64,000 bases of DNA from Balanoglossus misakiensis (lineage: Eukaryota > Animalia > Hemichordata). Below, piece by piece: positions 38,601-51,508 of this stretch (position 1 is its first letter; each line of letters begins with the position of its first letter). The DNA lies in NCBI GenBank assembly GCA_040954595.2, contig CM082598.2, forward strand, positions 1,426,001-1,490,000, given 5' to 3'. Under the pieces are notes generated by a model. The model saw only the letters and a list, made by a program, of their open reading frames with translations. It did no database searches and was not told the origin of the DNA. The position numbers and the translations under genes were made by a program.

Positions 38601-39679
38601 GCTGGCCTCGATTGAAAGACGCACAGCTTAATGCACGAGTGTAGATCATGTTCAATATACGTCAATGAACTGTACAAGGACGAAGAAAAGATTAATATAC
38701 TAAATCCCTAAACACACACATGTAACAGCCGTGTTACTCTCTAATTTCGCCTCAAGGAATTAACTTGGATTAGTGAGCCAGGGGTACATGTACCGGTACA
38801 TATGAATTCATTGCCCTCAGTAAAGAATAGCAACCTAATACACTCCGCTTTATGTGATCAACTACATTAAATCATAAATGGTTTACCGGTATACAGTTGT
38901 AGTCTGCTTGTGTGTATGTATGCATGTACCTTGCATTTTCTGCTGTCTACATTGAGTCAACCGACATTCGACCTTCTCATTCATTCGTTCTAGAAAAAAT
39001 AACCCCAAGGAGTGTGAATGCTAAAGAAGCTCATACAGATTGTTAGATGTTGAAAGGTTAGGTATCGATTGTTGCACTTCCAGGAAACATACGGCAAATC
39101 TAATGAAACCAAAAGAGGGTAGATCAGTCGCCGCTTTTAATGCTTGTAGGTGTTTTCACGCACTAAAAGCACTTGATCTTTAGATTGTTTCAAGACTTCT
39201 ATAAATGTATCTTTACCGCCCATGCCGCCAAAGAATATAAAAGACTTCTAATGGATTGATTTTGAAGGGCGAGCTCTTGGGTTGCATGATGTCAACTTCT
39301 CAGCTAATTTTACAGATCAGAACCAACTTCAAACGTAAAACCGAAACTGTCAAACAAGGAAAGAAGATAGCTCGGACACCCACGAATCCCCAATAGAGTT
39401 CTGCCATTAAAACCCAACACCTCTCAAGTCCCAAGTAGTTAAAATGACTCGAAGAAGAAACGAAACTTATATATCAACTTGAAATATGCATCAAATATAA
39501 CAACTAGCTGTATCATTCAGGATTTTTACATCAAATGATTGTGTCGCATTCTAAAAACTAACTTTTGTTTGTTTGTTTGCTTGTTTTTTGGTTGGTTATT
39601 GGCTGGCTGGTTGGTTGGTCTGTAGTACTAAGAGTAATTTTACATACATTATACATTTATTTTCTTCTTTCTTTTCTAG

Positions 39680-39825
39680 AAATAAATCAATGTTAAATCT
39701 GACTTATGGAGAGCGCCTGGGCATTATAACCGCCTGTACAACTTTTCTACTCATCGTAATCATCTGTTTGATATGCAAAGCTGTAAAGAGATACAACAGA
39801 TATTGTCCATTCGCAAAGTATTATT
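39680..39825 (+). CDS. Syt: Synaptotagmin Syt-B TM exon ((NKS)MLNLTYGERLGIITACTTFLLIVIICLICKAVKRYNRYCPFAKYY); alternative ATG at 39690
   Basis: Strong polypyrimidine acceptor ttctttcttttctag|; hydrophobic helix followed by basic and Cys residues; donor T|GTAAGT phase 1. Confidence 0.85.
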
Positions 39826-39883
39826 GTAAGTATAGATTTGTTTTATATGTGTACTGGTATTAATGAAGATTTTCTTTGGGTAT

Positions 39884-40056
39884 TAAGTATTTACATATAC
39901 ATTATGTATGCATATCCCTTGCAAATCAAATGTATTTTTATTATATTGAAGAGTACCTTAAAAATAAGTATTTAAACATATACATTTTGTATGCATATCC
40001 CTTGCAAATCAAATGTATTTTTACATTATTAAATTGAAGAGTACCTTAAAAATAAG
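39884..40056. repeat. Two-copy tandem duplication, ~81-88 bp unit
   Basis: taagtattt..acatatacatt.tgtatgcatatcccttgcaaatcaaatgtattttta...ttgaagagtaccttaaaaa repeated at 39884 and 39965. Confidence 0.9.
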
Positions 40057-41849
40057 GCTTTACATTGAGATGCAAACAACAGGAAATCAATGTCATAACT
40101 GCTTTCTCCATATTTAAGCCGAATTGCATTGAGTGTCCTGGTTGTACCATTACCATGATTGAAACACCAACTAAGTTTCCACGCACACAAATGTCTTCAA
40201 TTCCGCGCTATAGAGTGGGAGTCTCGTTTCTGGAAGCAATTAAGGATTTAGGAAATGTTGACTGCGGAATAATGATATACGGTTGGGATGAAAACCGGGG
40301 ATGAGCGTGGGCGTTGCGAAATGGGAGAAAGCTGAATCTTCACTTGCAGCCTTAGTTAGTGTATCGCTTTACCTATTTCAAAAATGATGAGGTTATGATG
40401 AAAAGCAATACGTGAGTTATTATTATCAGCCAACTTGAATATGTCTTGTTGCGTACATAATTCTTGAACCATATGGGTCTGAGCACATAACATTTGTAAT
40501 AAATGAATCAGTTACTTGAAGAATCGTCTAATTATACTTCAACATTTAAAGATGGGTTCGTCAAAAAAGGGACGGAAAGAATTATGTTATTATCCATTAA
40601 AACATCAAAGGGGGTTTGGATAAGATATCAATCCAATTAAGCTAATATGAATTTCAAAACTCGAACCATGTACTTCCTAATATGCGCAAAAAACAGAGAC
40701 TGGTCTCCTGGACACAAACTTTATGATGTTATATAATCATGAGACGCGACCAGAGTTTCAGAATAAATATCCCTGAAAAACCAGACACCTTAATGCAGAT
40801 CAGACCAGATTGTGGTTTTCAACTGCCGCGAACATTAAATATTGCACCCACGCTCGTCTTTGCATTTAAAACCGCACTCAGAGGCCTAGCTTTATCTGTA
40901 CACTCCTGAGCGTTTAAGTGAGTATAGAAAGATGGTATTTTACTTAATTTTCCTTAGAGTGTAGCCAAGACCCTGGGAAACTAAACACTTTCTTGCCTTT
41001 GGAATGTTAAAAGCTGGAAAGATTCATGACGCCACATTCAGTTGAGCCACTTTTTGCGTAGTTGAAAACATGATTGTTGGCATCTTTTGCAATTGCAGAT
41101 CTACTACTTCTCATAAGTACAAGACGTGTAGCTAATATCATATTAAGACTAAGCCGTAGGCTCCACTAGCACAGGTCATGATGAAAAATATAGGTTCAAA
41201 TTAAAGTGTTATTGAAAACATATTGCATGTGACAGTGTAATTTTTGATGTCAACATTTCCCGACGGAGATACTTAGCTGATGTGAAATGAGGGGTGTTTA
41301 AAAACCTAATATCAAATATTAAAAATAATTACTGAGGCCATAAAGGAAATCTTTGAAATGATGGGTGGTTTGCAGGTCTGAGAGTGATTGCTTTTGTGCT
41401 GGACGAGTGAGAATAGAGCATGCGCGTCTTCAATGTATAGGTGGGACGTTGATTCGAATGCAGTGGGTCTACACAACATCATAGCTTGACTTTTTCTGTT
41501 TATAAACACACCATCAGCATTGCTCCAAATGTTCAGAGAGACCATGCTAACCAATGCATATAAAAGTGATCATTTATCTATGTAGGCGATATCTGGACCT
41601 GGTGATTACTGGCAGGGAAGCGAGAATTCCACTCAAATAAATCATGACATAAATCATGAAGATGTCATTTACTTGACAATTCATCACTGGACTGTCACCA
41701 TGCTGCATTCTCTCCTCTCACTCTCGAAACACCCTGGAAATAAATTGTATCAAATGTTTGATTTATTGAAGTTTATGCACGGATTTTTCCATGTAAATCT
41801 AAAAGAGACAATTGTGTGGGAGCTGAGATACAACTGACTGACTGACCTT

Positions 41850-41850
<1 letters not shown>

Positions 41851-41944
<94 letters not shown>

Positions 41945-41975
41945 GCTATCTTGCTGTCTGTCTGTCTATCTATCT
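41851..41975. repeat. (TATC)n microsatellite (~23 perfect units) with degenerate (TGTC) tail
   Basis: Directly visible, in a Syt-B intron. Confidence 0.97.
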
Positions 41976-43114
41976 CTCTTTCATTGCATAGTGGTTGGTT
42001 AAAAGCCTAATTGTGTTTATCCATCTTCAGGAAAAATCATGCAATTTATTCGCATTAAATTGCGACACCCCACAAATCATAATTTGGCTTTGATTTGCCG
42101 ATGGTGATATGTGTTTATCAGTGAAAACAAATGACTCTCTAAAATCGCCATTTTGTGATTATGTAAACGCCCTCTATCTTTCGTCTGAAAAGAGGCCAAC
42201 CTCATCAAACTTGATCCTCGTATAATGTGATAATTCAAGCATTTTATTCATGTGCATAGATTTCTAATTTTCTTTTTGCGATATGGTATAATCACATGAT
42301 TTTTGACTAGGGAGAGAACACATTGCCTTCATCAGTTTCAATTTTCAATTTTACAAAGATGTTGACAATAAAATTGTATGTTTACGCTGGTTAACATAAA
42401 TCTAAGGAGAGCTCCATATAATTCTCGAAATATCCGCAAAAAAGAGTCACTTAAGAACAAAATGATTTGGCTCTCTATTAGCAAAGTAGTATGAAGGAAA
42501 AATGATGGAGATAGGCATCAGGACCGTTTTGCGAGGATGAGATATGATCGTAGACCCGTATTCACTTCATTGTTGTAACTCCCATCTCGCCTCATGTGCT
42601 ATATTGACGTGAGTCTATTTTCAACGTGTGATGACGTTATCAAGGCCACGTTTCAATTGAGCACAGTAAATTTAAGTTGACAGTTTGACTTTCAGCAGTG
42701 CCTCGTCGGCCTAAGATATATCGATTCAAGGTTACTGCTGATCAGTTGACGGCAATGCTTAAGAAAATATTGCACTCAGTATAGTGGTAAATTAATGCTG
42801 AATAGAAAATAGCGACCTGCTGTATATTTTGACATCTTGACTTTTTATTTCTATTGGTACAGATTTCATCATCTATTAAATTTCGTGAATAAAATTTCGC
42901 GATTAATTTAATTGGATATTTGTATCCCTGTACTCACACGTTTTCTTGTAACCTGGGTCATGCCTATTTGCATATGAATCAATAAGCTGGCTTGGTTTGT
43001 AGTAACGCACACACCGATTTAGCATTATAATGAATATTTGCAGGTAGTGCGTTGCCCGCTTCTGTAGTTTACACAGCAGCAACACTTGCATAATGTTTTT
43101 CTCGTCTTGTCTAG

Positions 43115-43371
43115 CTCCTCCGCCGAAAAGCAGGACATTTACGACCTATGAGGGCCCGAACGTCGCTGCCACCATGAAGAAGTCAGACCGATCGACTCAC
43201 CAAATCTCGCCTGAATCAATGAGCTTGAACCTAAAAAGCAACCTCCTCGATAAACGCACATCAGACACAGAGTCAGAAGGGAGTCCATTTTCGCCGGCAC
43301 ATTCTTCAAACTCCGTCAGCACAACGGCCAGTAACTCTGCAAGCCCTAACGACACGTACAGCAGCTTACAG
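43115..43371 (+). CDS. Syt: Synaptotagmin Syt-B Ser-rich linker exon (SPPPKSRTF...NDTYSSLQ)
   Basis: tcttgtctag| ... CAG|GTAAGA; phase 1/0 bridges the flanking exons exactly. Confidence 0.82.
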
Positions 43372-45559
43372 GTAAGACGCACACAAATTATCGTCTGCCG
43401 AGAATTTCCGCCATTTTGTATCTACAATAATTTACCAGGATTTTAATTACCGTCGTGTGATAATTGGTTGCATGGTCATTGAGCTATATACCTGGCATAA
43501 ATTGTAATAGGTTTTGAGGTCACAGAGCTTAGCTGGGATCGTACAACGCCGGCGAAACGCATGGCGAATCATTAATTATGTGGTAATGATGCCGTGCGTG
43601 TATCTTGTGCTACAAACGGGTTCAACAAAAGGGCAACACATAATCTTAAAACAGTCAATGCATATAGAGGTCAAAACTGCAGAGTTCTATCGTTCATGCA
43701 TGCGTTGACTAATAACTATCCAAGCAAATCTAAAATACGGCCATAATATTAACTGCAAATTGGTTTCTTATTTAAGCGAAATGTTTCTCGTATCACCAGC
43801 TTTCCAAATTACTTTGTCTTTCACCTTAATCTGCTTTTCCCATGCTTTTAGTGTTGACGCAATCTAATGCTATACATTTTAAAAGGATAATTATGGATAT
43901 TATTTTTGTACAGTTATCAGGTGGAATAAAGAAATGAGGGGAAATATTCACACGCTTTATATCTTAATTCATGGTCTCAGTTTTGCTTTGATATAAAATT
44001 CTGTACAACCAATGCCTTTACAATTATCATCTAAGCCATCAGCTGTATTGTGTAACATATCGATTGTTTATGAAACATGCAGAGAATGGAATAGTGATAA
44101 TTAATTAATTCATTTGTGTGAATTCTGTACCATTAAAATTATTTCTACGACTAGACATTCGCCAATGGCATTACGTCATCGATAAGTTGCACAGCTTGTA
44201 AGCACTCATGAATAAAATGCAATTAGCATCAGCCAACCTCCACGTACGTAGGTATTATATAAAACATGATTCTTTCGTGATCCATATGCCCTGGACTACA
44301 TCTTGACAAACAATGAAGCCATTAAATGGAGAAATAACCAAGATATTTCAGATTGTCTCTCTATTCACATCTGTTACCATGGAATTGCTATCGATAAGAC
44401 TCATCATTAGCTCAAGTGATTCACTCTATCAAACCTTTGAGTGCATAAAGAAAACAGACAAATGCACGACCTCCATTATTTGTGTAATCATTAGAATTCT
44501 CTTTAGAAGCTAATAAGCAAAAACCAATAAAGTGTTTGCGTTTTAAATCAAGCTGTGGCAATGATGAGTTACATGATACCAGGTTCAATTTTACCAAGTT
44601 CGGTCACTTTCAATACAGCAGTCACTAAAAGCAATAGGCCAATGTTTGTTAACATTACTGTTGATTTTTGTTATACTTTTCAATTGCAATTGGAAGAAGA
44701 AGAATCTCTGTAGGTTTTGTCGGCAAATTTCCTCTGTGGCTGATTGCATATTGCTGGACAAAACCACTAGTAGAATGCCAATTGCAGAATGTTTAATCGT
44801 TACAATTTAATTTGGCGATATACATCTACTGTTCCATGATCTTCTATGACTACTCATATAATTGAAAACGAATCTTTGATGTATCATTCAATGCTAGTAC
44901 TAAATATATTCTGAGATGCTACACACAACCTGATTATACTTGAAGGCAGAGGTTAATAGACTAGGTCTATCTGTGGATTTGTAAAGATCAATTCTTGTTT
45001 CTTGTTTATGATTATTTTTGTGTCAATTCTCACGTTGGTATTGTATACAAGTGATAACATGCACTATTCACCGCCTTGTGAAAAACACGACTTTCAAGAC
45101 CTATATACCCGTACCCAGGGACCTGTTTTTGCCAATTATCCCCACTGCCGTAAAACATGTTCATTCCCTTGGCGCCCACTGCCCAAGAATATCATTATCG
45201 TGTTCATAACACGATTTGCAATATGATATGCTCTGGGAATAGATGCCGGCGTATTCATGGAATACTGAGGGATTTCGGGAATGCCATCGGTACAGTAGTA
45301 AGGAAAGATTAGGGAATCCAGGCACGCAAGAAAATGTCTCTGCATATGGTGAACATTTATGGAAATGCCTATCAGAAATTAAATTCCTTCTGGATAAAAT
45401 ATACATTTCACTGATGACATCTAATATATTGTATACCACATCGTTTTCATTTGTGAAAAGGCCTCATTCATTCTGATTACAAGAACATGATTATATGGAA
45501 TCATGCATCATGACTTGAAGTATTAAACATCTGGGCTGTTTTCTTTTCTTCACGGAGAT

Positions 45560-45730
45560 CAAAATTTAAATTTTAGCAATTATTTTTTTTGGTAAAAACA
45601 AGACAGTGAACAACCTGTTTTCTTCTTTGTGTTTAAAAAGACTCCTTACAAACTTTAAACAAAATAGTAAAAAATTGAAAGTTTTGGAGGACTTATTTTT
45701 CTGAAAATCTGTCCTAAGGCGCATATACCT
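45560..45730 (-). mobile_element. Partial copy of the ~340 bp dispersed repeat family
   Basis: Reverse complement aggtatatgcgcc..ggacagattttcagaaaaa..agtcctccaaaac..ggagtctttttaaacacaaaga matches the copies near 59821 and 28160. Confidence 0.6.
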
Positions 45731-48451
45731 ATATGGTATTACATTCAGAGCAAGTTGGATGTATATAAGCACATGTTTTAATCGGTTCTTGGACACAGAT
45801 GGTCTCTTTGCTGTGTAGCGTCTAAGAGATTAAGCCTGGCTACACAATCAAAACATTAATATCCCAGGGACACTGTGTTTAATCGTGTACTGGAGAAAGG
45901 AATAGTGGTTCAAAAGCTCACTTTTTGAGAAATCTTCTCAGGAGATTGTTCTGCGTTTAGGTTTGCAAGTACCGGTAGATCATTACAAAAATCCTCTGAA
46001 CTTGTTTCTGCTGGAAGCAAGCTAACTGCTCATTTTCTATGCAATTATTTATAATTGAAATATATGCGAACATTACGCAGATCTTTTATTGTATGAACGT
46101 ACATGTGGTAATATGTCACGTCTTATTGCATTATATGGTGTCGTTCTGATTTGACTTTAGCGTAGTCATGGTAAAACTGCAATACTGCTGTGCTGAAGCG
46201 GCGCCTTTTTGTTCAATTTATCCTTGCCCCCTTTGCTGTGCCTGAGCTCGGTCATGGGTCCTCCCTTGTCGAGTCAAAGACCTTCTGATCTGAGAGACAG
46301 CACTTAAATTTTCTTTCTGCATGCGCAAATTACACAGAAAAGCATCCCATGCTGATATAAGATACACACATGTAAGCAATAACAAGATTTGGATACAGTC
46401 CACTTTATGTAGCACTCGCCTGGCGACTATCGCGGGTATACCAAGCATCTTGACTTTTATTAAATTAGCCCACGCTTAGGCAGAATTCGCGTAAACATTG
46501 AGTTCTCGTGTGATTAGCAAAAGACAGACAGACAAACAACCAGCGACAGATTTCCGGTTTTCTTAATAAGGTCAGCTCCAAAGGTCACCCTCAAGTCTAA
46601 TGGACACGCTGTTGTTGAAATGCTATTAATTTGACATGTGTGTATGTAAAGGGAGATTTCATCAGCGTCTAAGAAACGGAAGAGCCCGGAGGCTTTGCCA
46701 CAAATGCTATTAAACCTCCTTCCCAATTAATTCAGACTTAAATCCACAAGGGTGTTTGCCTGCCCAAAATAGTTGAGTATGCCTGAAGGACTTGCTGTTC
46801 TTATACAGAAGTTGTTGGCGTATCACAAGCTCTTTTATATACACCTTTCTCTTGTCAGATGTATCAGATATATTAAACTACATGTAATCATATCATCAAT
46901 CCATCTAATTTACATTCACAAAGAAAACATTATATTCATATCCCTCTTTTGGCATCTTGTTTTTCAAACAAGATCTAATCATACTTTCATGTCTTTGACA
47001 TGATTCGAAATTATCATATGGTGAAAATGTAATATAGATATTTAATATTAACAAGGTTGTCGCGAGCTCGTCAACCATACTGCGATGTATTTGGTCGAGT
47101 AAAATCGTACAATGTGTATTATGATAATCTGCAGTGATATAATCTGACTTTGATGTATTCCAAGAAAAGGTTCTTGCGTTGATCATTTCACATAGTCATT
47201 ACAATTATGTATTATAATGAGTTAGACCTTCTATAATAAGTACTCAGGAATGACTTTTATGCTGCAATTGACGTCCGTTGTTCTTCACTGACGCAATGAG
47301 TAACATTGAAATGAAGATAAAAAGTGTGTTGCATGACATTATTTAGTGGGCGTAAATTGATGTGGCTTTATACAATATTGATTCTAAGAAATTATACGAG
47401 TTAGTTTATGATAATGTGCGAGGAAGATTCAAAGGCATAAATTGGACAGATTGAATTAAAATTCTACCGATAGCTGGGTACATTGAAATGCTGTATCAAT
47501 ATATGTTTTCACTTATGAAACTTTAGCAGTCTACGGTAGAATCAGTCACATTTACACAACAGGAACTCCTGCACCAGTCGTTACTATGGTTACAATACAA
47601 AGAGACTTCATTTGCAGCCGCCTGTGCCCAACTACCGGGTAGTTGGCAGATAATGAGTATATGTATTATCACTAGTCAATTACTAAAGTACCAATGCAGA
47701 CTAATGAATGTGATACCTCAATTAAATATGATAAAGACCGAGCTGTGATGTATGCTACCACATCTGCATTTTGATGAAATATTCTGACAGAAAAATGTTA
47801 GAATAATAATTTCAAAATCACAATTTATGCGAATCCTATTATTCTCAGTGTGACTAAATGGCCCTGTCGTATTCCGGCTGTGCCGTAGGTGGCGATGTAA
47901 TAAGCCGCATCCGTTCATCCGGCAAAATATATCCTTGTTGCGGATACGTCAGAAGCATTAAAGGACACAGCAGTTATAATGCCAGAGTGTGTGCACAGAA
48001 AGTCGAAAGCACGTCTTTTGGCCGCGGGGTGTTAAAGCTCAGACTCTGATAATGAAAGCCTGGAGTCAGTTGGTGCAAGGACACATTCATCCTTGCCTTT
48101 TTGACATTTTGAACATATAGGAAGAGAGAATCAATGGTGAATGGTTAGGATTGCAATTAAGGGGAGATGGGGGCGCTGTGGGATCAACATCTTTCCATGA
48201 TTCTGCTAGGGAAAACAATGTGAGCGTCAGCCAATCAGCGACTAGTCCACCTGATAATGCTATTATCGCTGTCTGGTCGCAGGTATTCAGTACCGGAAGG
48301 TTGGGAAAAGGCTATACAATCAGTTATAAGCACATGAGAAAATTTACTGTGAGATTTGGGGCTATTAGGCACAGATTTATTCAGAGATAAAGAACAAAAT
48401 GTATTTTTTCTTCCGACGAATGACTTTTGATTGGTGGTGATTTACTTTCAG

Positions 48452-48755
48452 TTCAATGTTCAGCGAATCAACGGGACTGGCAAATATGGAAGCGGTCTCC
48501 ATGGCGGCCAACACCACATGCCGATTGGCCAATTAGAAGCCGATTTGCATCGACGACTTGAGCCCACGTACTTGGATTCCTCATCAGAACCCACCGCTAG
48601 AGGGAGTGTTCAGTTCTCGTTGTGTTATGACCAGTACACTGGGCACCTGTTGATTATGCTGTTTCAAGTGAAGGATCTCCCACCGTCAGATTTCAGTGGC
48701 ACAAGTGACCCCTATGTGAAAATTAAGATACTGAGAAATACTTATCAGGGTACAG
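48452..48755 (+). CDS. Syt: Synaptotagmin Syt-B exon, pre-C2A and C2A N-half (FNVQRING...IGQLEADLH...RGSVQFSLCYD...LPPSDFSGTSDPYVKIKILRNTYQGT)
   Basis: tttactttcag| ... G|GTATGT; C2A signatures; phase 0/1. Confidence 0.93.
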
Positions 48756-48856
48756 GTATGTACCATCTGATTGATTTTAGCATGTCTTTTTTAATGTAAG
48801 ATTGCAGGAACAAACTTGTTTATCTCTTGAACTTTGAAATTTCATCTCGATTTCAG

Positions 48857-49101
48857 AACCAATAACAGAGTACGACTTCCAGAGTAAAGTTCTACGTAAA
48901 ACCCTGGATCCTGTCTTTGATGAAAAGTTTGAAGTGTCCATGCCATACCAGGATCTGGACAACTGCGTCATCAAATTCATCGCTTGTGATTTCGATCGTT
49001 TCTCCCGCCATAACGTCATTGGTGAAGCCTTGTTGCCACTAGAGGGCCTGGAACTGTCCAAAGAACAAGTCTTGTGGTTGGATTTTGTGGAGAGTAGACA
49101 G
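48857..49101 (+). CDS. Syt: Synaptotagmin Syt-B exon, C2A C-half (EPITEYDFQSKVLRKTLDPVFDEKF...CDFDRFSRHNVIGEA...WLDFVESRQ)
   Basis: gatttcag| ... CAG|GTAGGG; KTL.PVF.E and DFDRFSRH.VIGE motifs; phase 1/0. Confidence 0.95.
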
Positions 49102-49493
49102 GTAGGGTGATATTTTGTAATAGCTGACATAGATTTACATCAAAGCGTGCTGTCAAACGGTTTTCTAAAGTTTGCGATTACCGAGCAATTATTACCATGG
49201 TTGTTTCATTATATACTATTTAGTTTCTTAAAATTATTGGCGTCATGCTGTACTCTCTGTGAAAGTTATCTTTATTGGTACAGTATATTTTTAATACACG
49301 TAGTTACTTTCTAAAGCTACGACAATGGGCTAAGAATGATAGCTAATTATCATTGTTTTATCTCAGGCATAATCGTGCCAGTACGCACTTTATCCAAATG
49401 CCTAATGTCTTTGTGAAAGCGATAAGTTTACTGTTTCCTGCTAGTGGCCATTCTGGGTCTTATAAATGTTATACTTTGTTGTAATACCTACAG

Positions 49494-49611
49494 GAATATC
49501 GAGGTGAACTGTTACTGTCTCTAAGCTATCTGCCGACATCTGAGCGAATGTCTATTGTGATAATGAAGGCGAAGAATCTTCAACCAAACGCAGCGACATC
49601 GCAACACTGTG
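49494..49611 (+). CDS. Syt: Synaptotagmin Syt-B exon, C2B start (EYRGELLLSLSYLPTSERMSIVIMKAKNLQPNAATSQHC)
   Basis: cctacag| ... G|GTAAGC; phase 0/1, same intron positions as Syt-A exon 5. Confidence 0.94.
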
Positions 49612-49989
49612 GTAAGCCTTCTTATATTGAACGGTTTACTTTCTTTTTACAAATGTACTCTGTACAGTGTTTTAAGCCAGTCGATGTTCGCTGATCGCCT
49701 TTCAAAAATGCGGCAAATACTATTGACTTATTAGTTTCGATATCTATTTTGTTTAACCAGGATTACACTACACTCTCGACTCTTAAGAATGAATGAATGT
49801 TTGATTACTCTGGACATTTAAGATAATGACATTTACCAAGGCTACAATTTACCTGAAGGCAAACCCTGTATGTTGAGTTGATCAATGCATGTGTTATAAA
49901 CACTAATGTCTGCCTATACCCACGTCATCAGTAATTGAGGACACATTCTAACGTTAATGCCCCCCTTTCATTGCATGATGGACATCCAG

Positions 49990-50318
49990 ACCCGTATGTC
50001 AAAGTGGTTCTGGTGCACAACGGAAAGAAAGTGAAGCGGAAAAAGACATCTGTTCAGAAGGGAGACCGAAATCCAATTTTCAACGAGACCGTCGCTTTCG
50101 ATATTCCCATGGATGAAATGGACAAGATTACATTCATCATCAGTGTCTGCAACCGACATTTTACCGACACGGATTCCGATTCGACAGGACGTCAGAGTGA
50201 GGTCATAGGTCAGACCGTCCTCGGTGCTGGGGTTTCGCCAAACGCCCACGATCATTGGATGGAAATGTTGCGGTCACCAAGGAAACAAGTGGCTCAGTGG
50301 TATACTCTAGCAGAATGA
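49990..50318 (+). CDS. Syt: Synaptotagmin Syt-B terminal exon, C2B (DPYVKVVLVHNGKKVKRKKTSVQKGDRNPIFNE...HWMEMLRSPRKQVAQWYTLAE*)
   Basis: catccag| phase 1 completes the D of DPYVK; polybasic patch; W(Y/H)xL terminus; TGA at 50316-50318. Confidence 0.94.
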
Positions 50319-51502
50319 CGTCATCAACTTGAGCAATGACACTGTGCAATCATAACACAATAGAACAAGCACCTGTCAAATTTTTTCAATCGAGAGGTGA
50401 CTAAGTCAGTGAAATGCCAGTTCTACTGAAAGACGAAGAAAGACAAAGTTGGTTTTGAATGGCTCGATGCTTGAACAATGGCACTGAATCGACAATAGTC
50501 ACAACAGCGCCCCCATTGGCTCAAAATGAACCGACCAATTGTTTTGTCCTCACCGAACTACTCTTCGGACTAGAATGAGAGTCTCGTTGTCGGAACTCGA
50601 TTGGAGGTGTCACCATAGAAACAGCATAGGTGTATAAATTGCTTGATTTGGTCCCAGTTTCATGTATGTAGGCCCAAAAGTCGTGTATTACAAAATACCA
50701 AATATACTAACTGCACATGATTACATTGTGGCCAGGGAATGTTATAATTTATTTTAAAAAGAAATATTTTGAAAGTTAATATATATCATATTTGCCAAAG
50801 TAAATATATTTACAAGTTAACTCACAGTCAGACATCTGGGAATTTCCAGATGGTGTCAAATCTACAAAGTTTGATGTCAACATTGGCAACTGGAATACAA
50901 AGTCATTTAATTTAAAATGATCTGTACATATAACTTATCCAAGATAATTACCCAAATATCCTGAAATAATAGTGGTTGTAAATGTTTGTGGAATGTTCAT
51001 TATTAGATTTGTATTCTTTATGCGTGATGTGTACGAGGACAGTAACTCATTTTAAATTGAGTTCAGTGTTTTACTGCCATTAATTGTGAGCATTTTTCCT
51101 TAAACCCTATCATGATGAGAACAACTCGCACGACTAACAACCGTTCAATTTGTCCAGTGAGTAAACATAAATGGTCAGCAGACGTGATCTTGCATCCAAA
51201 AACACTTATTATTGTTTCTTCAGAGTCAGCTCGACAACAAACACTATTTTAACATGACTTCATGTTTAGTAGATTTGAAACACAATAGCTCCACCGTCCA
51301 ATGAGCTGAAACACCCCTTTTCTGCTTTGTCAGGATAGTTTTTAGTGTGTCTATAGTTACCGTCTTGAGAACTTGTATGGATCAAAACATTTGTGTTACT
51401 TTCTTACAAGATGATGAATAACTGACTATGGTTTGTGATGCTCTTTGTCAGATGTATTACTTGTACCCACTACAATGAAGGATTATGATGTTTTATCTGT
51501 TG

Positions 51503-51508
51503 AATAAA
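51503..51508 (+). other. Candidate polyadenylation signal of Syt-B
   Basis: AATAAA about 1.2 kb after the stop, followed by T-rich sequence. Confidence 0.4.

Noticed and set aside
38172-38624. 150-aa minus-strand ORF
   Set aside because: No recognisable domain or convincing splice sites; non-ATG start; antisense within a Syt-B intron.
39884-40056. Direct repeat considered as a CRISPR-like array
   Set aside because: Only two adjacent copies with no spacers in a eukaryotic intron; a simple tandem duplication.
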